64,000 nt of DNA from positions 186,001 through 250,000 of the IMG/VR virus record IMGVR_UViG_3300028920_000001. The stretch is one strand, 5' to 3'. Positions within the stretch are counted from its first letter, which is position 1; each line of letters opens with the position of its first letter. Below, one piece after another: positions 37,473 to 46,269 of the stretch. A program made the position numbers and the translations under genes. The notes under the pieces are model-generated. The model had not been told where the DNA came from. It ran no database searches and worked only from the letters and a program-made list of their open reading frames with translations.

Positions 37473-37874
37473 TCAGACCCCGAACTTCTCGTGAATCTGG
37501 GCGGCAGCTTCGTCGTCCAAGCAGGCCGTCTGCTCTGCTCGGTAGTGGGCCGTCAACTGCTTGCTGTACTTGCAGACGATCCCTTCGATCTTGCCGGACT
37601 CTTCCTCGGTCAGCTCCTCACCTGCGATCACCTTCTCGGCCAGCCGGCTGCCGTTCACGGCATGGCTGCTCATGAAGCCACGCTTGTTCTTCCACTTGGT
37701 GTCTTTGGTCTCCCGCTCGTCCTCGGTCTGCCGGCGATACAGGACCAGCAGGCACTGCAGGCGGAAGTCTGCGTCGTCGGCCAGCCGTTCGGCGACCTGC
37801 TTCTTGGTGACGTAGGGGTAGCTGTTGTTGGCTGCGGGGTTGATCGCGAAAGTCGGAATCTTGGTGTCGGTCAT
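37473..37874 (-). CDS. RQTEDE...GFMSSHA family, paralogue 3
   Basis: promoter and GGAGG upstream. Confidence 0.85.
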   Translation of the reverse strand: MTDTKIPTFAINPAANNSYPYVTKKQVAERLADDADFRLQCLLVLYRRQTEDERETKDTKWKNKRGFMSSHAVNGSRLAEKVIAGEELTEEESGKIEGIVCKYSKQLTAHYRAEQTACLDDEAAAQIHEKFGV

Positions 37875-37978
37875 TGTCGTTGCCTCCAGCCAAGGATACG
37901 GAGTTCGACCCGAGACCTACGCAGGGAATCTGTCGCGAAGCGTGAATCGGCCGGCTGGTCCGGATTTCGGACAGATCT

Positions 37979-38040
37979 CCCCGAAGCGTGTCTACTCCGT
38001 CCGGATTTACGGCCTTGTGCCGGGTCACCGTCCGCTTCAA
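37979..38040 (-). ncRNA. conserved structured RNA motif, copy 2
   Basis: own promoter AGAT-N14-CGTA; covarying inner stem. Confidence 0.55.
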
Positions 38041-38362
38041 AGATAAGTACGTAAAGATAAGGAAGATCTGCACCGATGACTGCCGCTGCGAGGTGGTTTT
38101 CCCACGGCTTCTTCGGCCCGTTCGGTTCTAGAAACCGCACGGTTGCCATCGGTGCAGTGAAGTATACGAAGTGGCCACCATGATTTCCGGCTGCGGAAGT
38201 GCGGATCCGGCCTGCGTATCCGACAGTGACAGCGGGCACGGTTGGCTTCTCAGAGCCGACCCAACTTCCGCTTGCAGCCCCTTGCCGTGACAGCCCACCT
38301 CCCGCCCGGACCATCGCGGCCGGGCGGGAGGAAATCTTGGGGTACGACAGGTACACGAGGAC

Positions 38363-38620
38363 ATGATGGCTGATTTGACCAAGCTCTGCGCCAGCAAAGA
38401 TCCGGATGACCTGTTTACCGTTTGCAATGGGACTTGCACGGCCGGGTTCGACCAAGACGGGTCTACGGGCCGAGAGATCTACGAGAACGGAATCCGACTC
38501 GGCCGAAAGCTCGGGTCAAACCCAAGAGCCAAGCTCTTCACGTACTCAAACGGCCAAACGGCCTGGTTTTTCGTGTACACAGACGAAGACGAGCTGGTCA
38601 CCCGGCTGAACACCATCTGA
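38363..38620 (+). CDS. hypothetical protein (paralogue of 21218)
   Basis: NGIRLGRKLGSNP..KLF. Confidence 0.7.
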   Translation: MMADLTKLCASKDPDDLFTVCNGTCTAGFDQDGSTGREIYENGIRLGRKLGSNPRAKLFTYSNGQTAWFFVYTDEDELVTRLNTI

Positions 38621-38668
38621 CCGGAAATCTCACGCCACGCCAGGTAGAAGAAACCGGAGGCAATTGAA

Positions 38669-39037
38669 ATGAAAAAGACGACCAAAGCTCACCTGATCGC
38701 GGTTTCCCTTCTCGGACTGGCCATGGCAGCAGCCCCTGCGTCCATGATTCTCAACGCGCCTGATGCCAACGCGCGGGTCGCCCATCCGGCTCCTTCCGCA
38801 AGCGAAGCTACTGTGGCTCCGGAGGCGTCCGTTCCGGCTCCTCCGGCCGTCGTTGAGCTGGACGAGGTCAAGGTCGTGGGGAACCCGAAGCCTGCGACGT
38901 CGGCCCGTCCTGCGGCCAAGAAGACCCACAAGAGCTGGACCTGTCACCGGGTGCCGCTCGCGCAGAACCGGCCTGCCCTGGCGACCAAGGACAGCGCCCC
39001 GGCCAACCAGACGGTCCAGCTCTGCGAGTGGCTGTAA
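38669..39037 (+). CDS. secreted Pro/Ala-rich protein
   Basis: signal peptide MKKTTK-hydrophobic; two C-terminal Cys. Confidence 0.7.
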   Translation: MKKTTKAHLIAVSLLGLAMAAAPASMILNAPDANARVAHPAPSASEATVAPEASVPAPPAVVELDEVKVVGNPKPATSARPAAKKTHKSWTCHRVPLAQNRPALATKDSAPANQTVQLCEWL

Positions 39038-39521
39038 GTCTCTTCGGGCAGGGGAGGCCCAAAACCTCCCCTGCCCGGCCTCCACCTCGGAGGTCCCAAC
39101 GGACTCGGCGTATCCGAGAGTGGAGGCGACACATGGTAGTTCTTTCACTCATCGCGATTTTCGTTCCCATCATTTGGGTAGCGTGTCCGAACCGGCCCTA
39201 TCGCCGAGATCTGGCCTGATGGCCAAAAGACGACCGGTGGCCTGCTAGGCGTTCATGGCCAGTCTGCCTTAGCGTTCCACCTAGAGCCCGGCCAGCGGAA
39301 GTTGGTCGGGCTCAAGCGTATCAGAGATTGGAGGCAACGCAAAATGAAGAGATGCCCACACTGTGGAAGGACTGACTGTGCGGTTCATGCCGAGGACGGT
39401 GGAGTGACCGAACTCTGCAGCGTGACTGGCAAGGTCATTCCTCCGGCCAAGAAGACCCGTTAAGGGTCCACGGCGTAAATGTGATAGCCTGCGGTGTACC
39501 TGAAATTGGAGGCAACGCGAA

Positions 39522-39836
39522 ATGAGCGAAGAGCATCATCCTAGGTACTGCAAGACCGTCGATCTCATCGGGCGCATTCGAAAAGCCCCTGCTGAGATCA
39601 GCTATCGCGATGCGGCCGTCAAGCTGATTCAGGAGGGAGCCTGTACGCCCGAGGAAGCGTTCTTCGCGGAAATGGGTGCCAGAATCTTGAACAAACCCTC
39701 CTGTGAGGTCTGTGGCGGTTTCTTGACCAACGACGAGGCCCGGGTCGGTGTCCTGTGCACCGGATGCCACGACGAGATGTTCGGCGACCGCGGACCGGTC
39801 GCACATCTCGGTACCCGACCCGTACGGATGTGGTGA
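39522..39836 (+). CDS. hypothetical Zn-finger protein
   Basis: cassette promoter; CEVC...CTGC. Confidence 0.7.
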   Translation: MSEEHHPRYCKTVDLIGRIRKAPAEISYRDAAVKLIQEGACTPEEAFFAEMGARILNKPSCEVCGGFLTNDEARVGVLCTGCHDEMFGDRGPVAHLGTRPVRMW

Positions 39837-39845
39837 GGAGGCAAG

Positions 39846-40049
39846 ATGCAAGATCTCGAGAGCCGTATCAACCAATTGCTGGAAGACTCTGACCGGGCCG
39901 ACAAGATGGGCCTGACCAACCGCAGCATGAAGCTGCTCAGTCAGGCGGCCGAACTCGAAACCGAGCTGCTGAAGAAGCGCAAGGAAGCGGCCAGGGCCCG
40001 GTCCGTCGAACGGATGGTGCGAGAAGCTCTCGCCGATTGTGGTCAGTAG
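39846..40049 (+). CDS. hypothetical coiled-coil protein
   Basis: GAGGAGG SD. Confidence 0.7.
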   Translation: MQDLESRINQLLEDSDRADKMGLTNRSMKLLSQAAELETELLKKRKEAARARSVERMVREALADCGQ

Positions 40050-40088
40050 ATCTTCCAAGCCTTCCCGTATTCGTGACTGGAGGTCACG

Positions 40089-40256
40089 ATGGCGCAAATT
40101 GGTTGGAAGGGTCAAGGGCAGGATGGGTCAAAGCTCTGCGTTCAACGGCATGGGCACAAGCGCGGAAAGGCCCGTCGTTCATACAACGCGGCTGAAAAGG
40201 CCGCTGAGACGCGAGTTCGGCAGGCCGGCAAGAAAATCTGCCGAGATTGGCAATAG
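40089..40256 (+). CDS. 55-aa basic protein
   Basis: cassette promoter and SD. Confidence 0.6.
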   Translation: MAQIGWKGQGQDGSKLCVQRHGHKRGKARRSYNAAEKAAETRVRQAGKKICRDWQ

Positions 40257-40499
40257 GGAAAGCAAGAGCCCGGAAATTCTCCGGGCTCACGCGTATCTGG
40301 AATTGTGATAGCGGCTCTTCTCGTCTTGCTAGCTCTCGCTATCTGGCTGCTTCTCCTCCTACGGACTGAGAAAAAGCCACAAGCGATTCCAGTCTGGGCG
40401 AATGTAAGGACCCGCTGTCCTTGTGTACAGACACGCATAGCACAAGTACCCTCTATGAAACCAAGGTTCGGAGGTGGCCACCCGCCTTAGGTACGTCAG

Positions 40500-41460
40500 C
40501 TTTACAACCATCAAAGAACGACTGCAGAGCCCGGAAATTCTCCGGGCTCATGCGTATTTGAGATCGGAAACGAGTTCGGCCGAACTTGAGAACTCTCGTA
40601 AACTCGCCCTATAACTCCGTACCTAGAAACATGGGAACACGGATTATGGAGATAGGAGGTGGTAAGAGACATATCTACGTAAATACCCTATACTTATAGG
40701 TATACGCCCCATATAGGATGGTATAGGGGATATAATGTAAATAGGATTCCCCAGTAGATATCTTTGGGTGGGGAAATTTATGCACCCCTTTGAAATGGGT
40801 CCTCGCGTTCGAAAGATATTCCTTTAAATTAGACGGGGCGAAGCCTTCTTTCGAAATATTTAATATTTTAAAGCAACATTCAAACTACACTTGAATGTTG
40901 GAACAATATGAGGTTTAGGAATAGTTGTAAGAACGTGTTTCCCACCAAATTGCCATTGTGACTGTTATTTGTCCGTTTGTATCAAAGCAAGAGTTAACTG
41001 CATCACGCACCACATGAATCCGGTCAGTTTTCCATTTATTAATTAATTCTTCTACTTCTTTTGGTTTTCCCACAAACAGTTTTAGTTGCATATTAAATAT
41101 TACATTTTAATCCTTAAAATATCAGCCACTGCTAACGTCTTTGATGGGTTTGATAAGGTTAATCTACTTGAAAATGTACGTCTGAACCAAATATAAAACT
41201 AGACCAAACATTAGGGCTGCAATTATATAAAATCCGGCTAACCCGAAGATTGTCTTGGCGCTAAATAAATTCTTACAACTACAGTCTTCTTCATTATGTA
41301 AGATCCTGCCACAATTACCACATCTTCGCATATTTTAATTTACACAGCTTCGAATCATAAAACAATATATTTCCGAAGTTTCGCGAAGCGAAACTAAACC
41401 CTTTTTGAGAAATATACTATTTGAGCCCTTTCAATTTTCGGGTCCTTCTTTGTACCTTAA
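40500..41460. other. about 1 kb non-coding region at the GC-rich/AT-rich boundary
   Basis: no ORF of 60 aa or more; composition switch; GCGAAGC hairpins. Confidence 0.6.
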
Positions 41461-41463
41461 TAA

Positions 41464-41682
41464 GTGATTGACCTCGGTACTTATATCAAATTTAATCATC
41501 AGAGTTTCCCCGGATTATTTTATGGGAGAATCATTGCTAAAACTAGTGAAAGATATGGTATTTCGATTTTTGACCCTCAGCAAATTACAGAAACTTGGTT
41601 TGCTTGGATTTTTCTCAAACATATTAAGAAAATTTATATTAATCGGGAAGAGATGTTGGTTGAATTCATCATGGAGTTATGA
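41464..41682 (+). CDS. IMES-tail protein, SH3/KOW-like family
   Basis: ends INREEMLVEFIMEL. Confidence 0.7.
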   Translation: MIDLGTYIKFNHQSFPGLFYGRIIAKTSERYGISIFDPQQITETWFAWIFLKHIKKIYINREEMLVEFIMEL

Positions 41683-41744
41683 GTAAAATCATTCGTAAAC
41701 TCGGGGAGGGTTCGTGTCGGGTTTGTTATTTACTCGAGCAATTA

Positions 41745-41948
41745 TTAAGATAGCATAATTCGAGCAATTTCATATTCTTCTCGAGAAATCGACTGTTTAC
41801 TTGGGCCTAATAATTTAGAGCAATGGTCACAACAGGCTTTGAGATAGAGGTCAGTTTTTCCAAAAATCAAATAAAATTGGGTCGCTTCTGCCGTGCACGA
41901 CGGTTCCCCGGTCGTTAGCAGTAGGTTATAGTTGTCACATATAGGCAT
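41745..41948 (-). CDS. IMES-tail protein, Cys-rich family
   Basis: ends ISREEYEIARIMLS. Confidence 0.75.
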   Translation of the reverse strand: MPICDNYNLLLTTGEPSCTAEATQFYLIFGKTDLYLKACCDHCSKLLGPSKQSISREEYEIARIMLS

Positions 41949-42215
41949 TTAAACTTCCATAATATCTTCAACCAACAACCGGTCGTATTCCATGAGTTCG
42001 CCGGTCCCGTATTCTTGTAACACTTTAGCCAAACGTCTTTCCGCATCTTTCTTGCAAACAAAAACGCTGGCTAAATTAATATGGCAGGTCCAACGATAGG
42101 TTTGCCGAGAACCCTTCTTCATATAATACACACGTTCTGAATCCTTCTTCATATAGTACATACCCCAAGGCACGTTGCAGAGTTCGAGTTCGGTGGTTGT
42201 AATTACGTACCTCAT
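41949..42215 (-). CDS. IMES-tail protein, MKYVI family
   Basis: ends RLLVEDIMEV. Confidence 0.75.
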   Translation of the reverse strand: MRYVITTTELELCNVPWGMYYMKKDSERVYYMKKGSRQTYRWTCHINLASVFVCKKDAERRLAKVLQEYGTGELMEYDRLLVEDIMEV

Positions 42216-42249
42216 TTTATACGGTTCATTTTATGTACAATTTGAATAG

Positions 42250-42456
42250 ATGAATGTTACCAAAGCAGAAGAAAAATCTTTAAGGAAAAATATTTGTCCT
42301 GATTGTGGACATGAAGAATTTATAGCTGGGCCTGAAGGTGGAGGCAGTCAAAATTTTAAATGCCGTCATTGTGGTAGCCGATTTAATGATATGGGTCCAT
42401 TCGGTATTGAGCGTATTGGAACTCCTGTAAGGAAACGAATCTTCGTTAAGAAATAA
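42250..42456 (+). CDS. Zn-ribbon protein
   Basis: CPDC...GPEGG...CRHC. Confidence 0.7.
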   Translation: MNVTKAEEKSLRKNICPDCGHEEFIAGPEGGGSQNFKCRHCGSRFNDMGPFGIERIGTPVRKRIFVKK

Positions 42457-42603
42457 TTTTTAATAATCACCGCCCTAGGGTAACGGCGGCGTTTTAAAGA
42501 AAGTTCGTGCCGCCTGTAAACTTGGCTATGAGTCATTTATTCAAATACGTTTCCGATTAGTATATTTACGAAGTTCGCTTCGCGAACAAATGTAATTTAT
42601 TGA

Positions 42604-43170
42604 GTGATTTTATTTTATCGACCCCAGGACCCGCACGGTCATTATTCTAATTTTTCGAGTCATCCCGTCCATTTCATAGGCCAGGATTGGGATACTAGTG
42701 AACATGCCTTTCAGGCCATGAAATATTGGCCCCATCGGCCTGACCTGGTCAAAGCGGTTCATGACGCTAAAACTCCTGGGAAGGCTGCCATGATTGGTCG
42801 AGACCGTTCTTTACCGTTGCGACCTGATTGGGATTTGTCTCCAAACAATGATGTGCGAGTTCGCATTCCGGATCTGTTGAATATTGGACCAGTGTGGATG
42901 GATGATGGACGCGGGGTTTCACCCCCACCTCAGCCCATCTTTGCCAAAACCAAAGATGTGTTTATGTATGAGGTCGTTTGGCATAAATTCCATCAACATG
43001 CGAATCTCAAGCAAGCTCTGCTGGACACTGGAGAACAGCCTTTAATTGAGGACGCCGTTGGCGATCCTTATTGGGGTTGGGGTTGTTCCCGAGTTGGGCA
43101 AAACATGCTAGGGAGGATTTTGATGTTGGCTCGGCGTTCATTCCGAGTTGGAGGCTATATTCCGGCATGA
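42604..43170 (+). CDS. NADAR family (YbiA-like) protein
   Basis: YSNFS, TSEHAFQAMK, LRPDW, KFHQH..L...LLDTG, DPYWG, GQNMLGRILM. Confidence 0.9.
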   Translation: MILFYRPQDPHGHYSNFSSHPVHFIGQDWDTSEHAFQAMKYWPHRPDLVKAVHDAKTPGKAAMIGRDRSLPLRPDWDLSPNNDVRVRIPDLLNIGPVWMDDGRGVSPPPQPIFAKTKDVFMYEVVWHKFHQHANLKQALLDTGEQPLIEDAVGDPYWGWGCSRVGQNMLGRILMLARRSFRVGGYIPA

Positions 43171-43245
43171 TTAGGCCCGGCACTCCCGTCAGATTTCCGT
43201 TAAATTTCCTGATGGTGATGCTTATATTGAATGTACAATATTAGA

Positions 43246-43473
43246 ATGAAATCTGGTACGCCTATTCGATATAAATTTAGTTTTAATCCCCGTAGCTTTT
43301 CTTCGGTTCAACACACGTTTATTGGATATGGGCGTTTAGCTTATACGATGCGCGATGTGATGAATTCGCATGTAATTAGGGATATAAGCGGACATGAATA
43401 TTCATTTACACCTGATGAGCTCGAGCCAATTACTGAAGAAGAATTTGTAATTGCTCAGATTATGCAATCATGA
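43246..43473 (+). CDS. IMES-tail protein, SH3-like family (paralogue of 47927)
   Basis: ends ITEEEFVIAQIMQS. Confidence 0.75.
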   Translation: MKSGTPIRYKFSFNPRSFSSVQHTFIGYGRLAYTMRDVMNSHVIRDISGHEYSFTPDELEPITEEEFVIAQIMQS

Positions 43474-43527
43474 AACCAATTATCTGAATTGGTTTCATGG
43501 CTGGATTCTAAAAATGTAATATAAAAT

Positions 43528-43887
43528 ATGGCTAGGTACCCATTTCTTTACCGAACCCGAAGTGGCAAATATCCGAGCCTAAAATTACTAGACGAGCTTA
43601 ATTTGTTATCTGAGCCCGTAATGGAAAAATTTATCGCCAAGATGAAGGTTGATTTTCCAATTTCTTATCATGATGGCTTAATCATTGTTGGAAATCCGAT
43701 TTACAACATAACTGGTATTCAACGGATGTTAATCAAACGTTATACTAATGTCCGCCGTTTAAATAAACGGGCCAAACAACGAAAAGCCAACTACAAGAAA
43801 CTCCGGCGGGAAATTCTATACCAGTATAAGCTCGAGGCTTATGAGCTCAATCAATTGATGGCTGAAGCTAATAGTCGTAACAAATAA
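43528..43887 (+). CDS. basic hypothetical protein
   Basis: TGTA-N9-ATG. Confidence 0.65.
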   Translation: MARYPFLYRTRSGKYPSLKLLDELNLLSEPVMEKFIAKMKVDFPISYHDGLIIVGNPIYNITGIQRMLIKRYTNVRRLNKRAKQRKANYKKLRREILYQYKLEAYELNQLMAEANSRNK

Positions 43888-44132
43888 TGTTTGTGATTCG
43901 TCTTTTAAATCCGGTAATTAGACTCGAAGACGCTGGAAAACCTATCTTTGTTTATTTAGATAAAGAAGGGCCAACTCCTGATGTTGTTTGGAACTGCACT
44001 GATCCTAAAGAAGCTACCCGATTTTCATTAGTTGACGCCAAAATCTTCCAAAATCGAAATCCAAAATGTGAGGTTATTGATGAAATCATTTTGAATGAAT
44101 ATGTTCAATTATTCGACATCATGGAATCATGA
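43887..44132 (+). CDS. IMES-tail protein, MKYVI family
   Basis: ends VQLFDIMES. Confidence 0.75.
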   Translation: MFVIRLLNPVIRLEDAGKPIFVYLDKEGPTPDVVWNCTDPKEATRFSLVDAKIFQNRNPKCEVIDEIILNEYVQLFDIMES

Positions 44133-44155
44133 GTTCGTAGCTGTAATCTAAAGAA

Positions 44156-44380
44156 ATGGAAATTGAGCCTGGAGAGCTCGTTCGGTCTATTTTAGACGGC
44201 CTCTACGGCTGTGTTGTTACTAAAAGTAATATCTTCGATCAAGACGGTCATCGGATTACATTTGATGTGGTGTGGTTTGAAGATGAAGATGACTTAAGAA
44301 CTGATAGAGCTATCGACAGTTCACAAATTCAGCTCGCCACTAACGATGAAAGAATGGTCTTCCACATCATGTGTTCCTAA
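44156..44380 (+). CDS. IMES-tail protein, SH3-like family
   Basis: ends ATNDERMVFHIMCS. Confidence 0.75.
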   Translation: MEIEPGELVRSILDGLYGCVVTKSNIFDQDGHRITFDVVWFEDEDDLRTDRAIDSSQIQLATNDERMVFHIMCS

Positions 44381-44595
44381 TGATTAACCGCCCTATCATA
44401 TGGATGTGTGTTTTTTGTTCAACTAAACAGACTCATATGTTTATTGAAAGGACTGACCATCCTGGAATTGCACTTTATGGATATTGTGAGCATTGTCTTA
44501 AATTTGAGAATGTTCGTAATCATATGAATGACTCAAACATGAAATTTCATGTTCGAGAAGAGATAGAGATTATTTTACCAGTCATGCAGTCTTGA
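44371..44595 (+). CDS. IMES-tail protein, Cys-rich family
   Basis: CVFC...GYCEHC; ends IILPVMQS. Confidence 0.7.
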   Translation: MFLMINRPIIWMCVFCSTKQTHMFIERTDHPGIALYGYCEHCLKFENVRNHMNDSNMKFHVREEIEIILPVMQS

Positions 44596-44596
44596 T

Positions 44597-44869
44597 ATGG
44601 TTGCACTTCAAAAATTTCCTGATCTTTATATTCTTCCTGATTATCCTTATTGGGGCTTAGATTTTGTCGATGATTTTAAAATCAATTTATACTTTATTAG
44701 AGGAGTAACTAAAGTAAACGGAAAACTGAGTTATTACATGTGTTCACCGGAGGCTGTCGGCTTTATTTATAAAGGTGAATTTCGATCTTATGAAAAAATC
44801 AGTGTTTCAGTTGGAGTTCTTCACCAATTACTTCAACATTGGGAAGTATTTCGAATGATGGCCACTTAA
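44597..44869 (+). CDS. IMES-tail protein
   Basis: ends WEVFRMMAT. Confidence 0.65.
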   Translation: MVALQKFPDLYILPDYPYWGLDFVDDFKINLYFIRGVTKVNGKLSYYMCSPEAVGFIYKGEFRSYEKISVSVGVLHQLLQHWEVFRMMAT

Positions 44870-44870
44870 A

Positions 44871-45143
44871 TCATGACTCCATAATTTTAGCAACTATATA
44901 TTCTTCTTTACTAACTGTAGTTAAAACATCTGTATCAAGTGGGACAATCTCTCCAGGAGAAATTTCGATCATCCGATAAGTATCTTGTTGAGTTGGAATT
45001 TGAAAGAAATCACTAGTCATGAAGCGATTGCCACCTAATTCTCGCATTTCTTCCTTAGATCGAATAATGCCGTAATTGCTAAATGAATGAGTTTGTTGAT
45101 AAGTTCGATTCCAACTTATTTTGACATAGTCACCAATTTTCAT
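44871..45143 (-). CDS. IMES-tail protein, SH3-like family
   Basis: MKIGDYVKI; ends VSKEEYIVAKIMES. Confidence 0.75.
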   Translation of the reverse strand: MKIGDYVKISWNRTYQQTHSFSNYGIIRSKEEMRELGGNRFMTSDFFQIPTQQDTYRMIEISPGEIVPLDTDVLTTVSKEEYIVAKIMES

Positions 45144-45237
45144 AGAAACGTCCAGAGTGCTATTAAAGGTGCTAAAATCCCTACTGAAATGCCTAGAATA
45201 GTAGCAATTTTTTCTGATTTAGAATACTTAGCAAACA

Positions 45238-45402
45238 TCATTTAGTCACAATCTGTTTTGTCCTAGAACGCCCTGTACCATTACAAGCTGTGCACATCCG
45301 GCTACAAGAATGTGATGCGTCAAACCATCGCCCCTTACCATCACATTCTTTACACATATTTTTAGGCACAATTTTCTTGGTGCGTTGGGGTTGTTTAATC
45401 AT
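45238..45402 (-). CDS. 54-aa DnaJ-type CxxCxGxG zinc-finger protein
   Basis: CKECDGKG...CTACNGTG (translated by hand). Confidence 0.6.
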   Translation of the reverse strand: MIKQPQRTKKIVPKNMCKECDGKGRWFDASHSCSRMCTACNGTGRSRTKQIVTK

Positions 45403-45419
45403 GGATGTAAAGTACAATT

Positions 45420-45782
45420 ATGGCCAGTTTAGAAGAACAAATGCAGGAAATTGTTGGAGAAGAATCTGAAGGTCATAAATTAGCAATGAGAACTCTCAAA
45501 GATTTTGCTCGAGCATTGCAAAAGGCTATTGGAGACCCCTTTGTCGCCAGATTTGAACCAGGATTTGCTATTTGTGATGGATTACAATTTACGTTAAAAG
45601 TCAAATCTGAGTATGCTGAAGATTCTCTCTTCAGAGTTTATGTTCCGTGTGAAGGATTTCCAGTTAAACATAGAAGGTTCGGATCAGCTAACGATATAGA
45701 AGAATTGAATGATATGTTGTACAATCTTTTAGAAGAACAAAAATTAAGATTACGAAGTGTACTGATCTTAGGAAAGCCATGA
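45420..45782 (+). CDS. hypothetical protein
   Basis: TGTA element upstream. Confidence 0.7.
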   Translation: MASLEEQMQEIVGEESEGHKLAMRTLKDFARALQKAIGDPFVARFEPGFAICDGLQFTLKVKSEYAEDSLFRVYVPCEGFPVKHRRFGSANDIEELNDMLYNLLEEQKLRLRSVLILGKP

Positions 45783-46042
45783 ATTTTAAACAAATTATTC
45801 GAAATGCTAGACGTAATTATTTAAAAGATTTTATTCGTGATCAAAAAGTAATTGCAACTGTTCATGGTCAATTTCAAGTTATGGAGAAACAGGAATATGA
45901 AGATTGGATGACGCTTAATCCTGAAGCTTTAAAAAATCCAGATTTCTTTCCGGGTCGTTATTTATTTAATGATACTGAATTCGAGCTTATTAAGCTCGAG
46001 GCTGAACGAGAACGTGAATGGCAGAAGCTTCTTGAATCATGA
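45779..46042 (+). CDS. hypothetical protein, weak tail variant
   Basis: ends WQKLLES. Confidence 0.65.
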   Translation: MNFKQIIRNARRNYLKDFIRDQKVIATVHGQFQVMEKQEYEDWMTLNPEALKNPDFFPGRYLFNDTEFELIKLEAEREREWQKLLES

Positions 46043-46269
46043 GAGTTTTACTTTCAAATAATTTGAATTCCGGACTTTGTTATTGTAATAATCAATGTCG
46101 TTTACCTTGTACCCGATGGTTTATACGTAAGCCAATTGATGGGAATCTGTATATATTCGGACGTTTCGAAAATCATGTACCTCGGCGATGCGCACCAAAT
46201 ATACGTTCTGAGGAATTAATTGAGATTAGCCATGATGAAATGATGGTGTATAAATTAATGGATAGCTAA
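46039..46269 (+). CDS. IMES-tail protein, Cys-rich family
   Basis: ends ISHDEMMVYKLMDS. Confidence 0.7.
   Translation: MRVLLSNNLNSGLCYCNNQCRLPCTRWFIRKPIDGNLYIFGRFENHVPRRCAPNIRSEELIEISHDEMMVYKLMDS

Larger units (their letters stand above)
31646..40083 (+). promoter_or_regulatory. array of promoter/RBS modules A[AG]AT-N14-YGTA-N9-GGAGG(or ATG) before nearly every small gene
   Basis: copies starting at 31646, 31895, 32240, 32502, 32816, 33347, 34022, 34518, 35141, 35464, 38625 (GGTA variant), 40048, among others. Confidence 0.8.
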
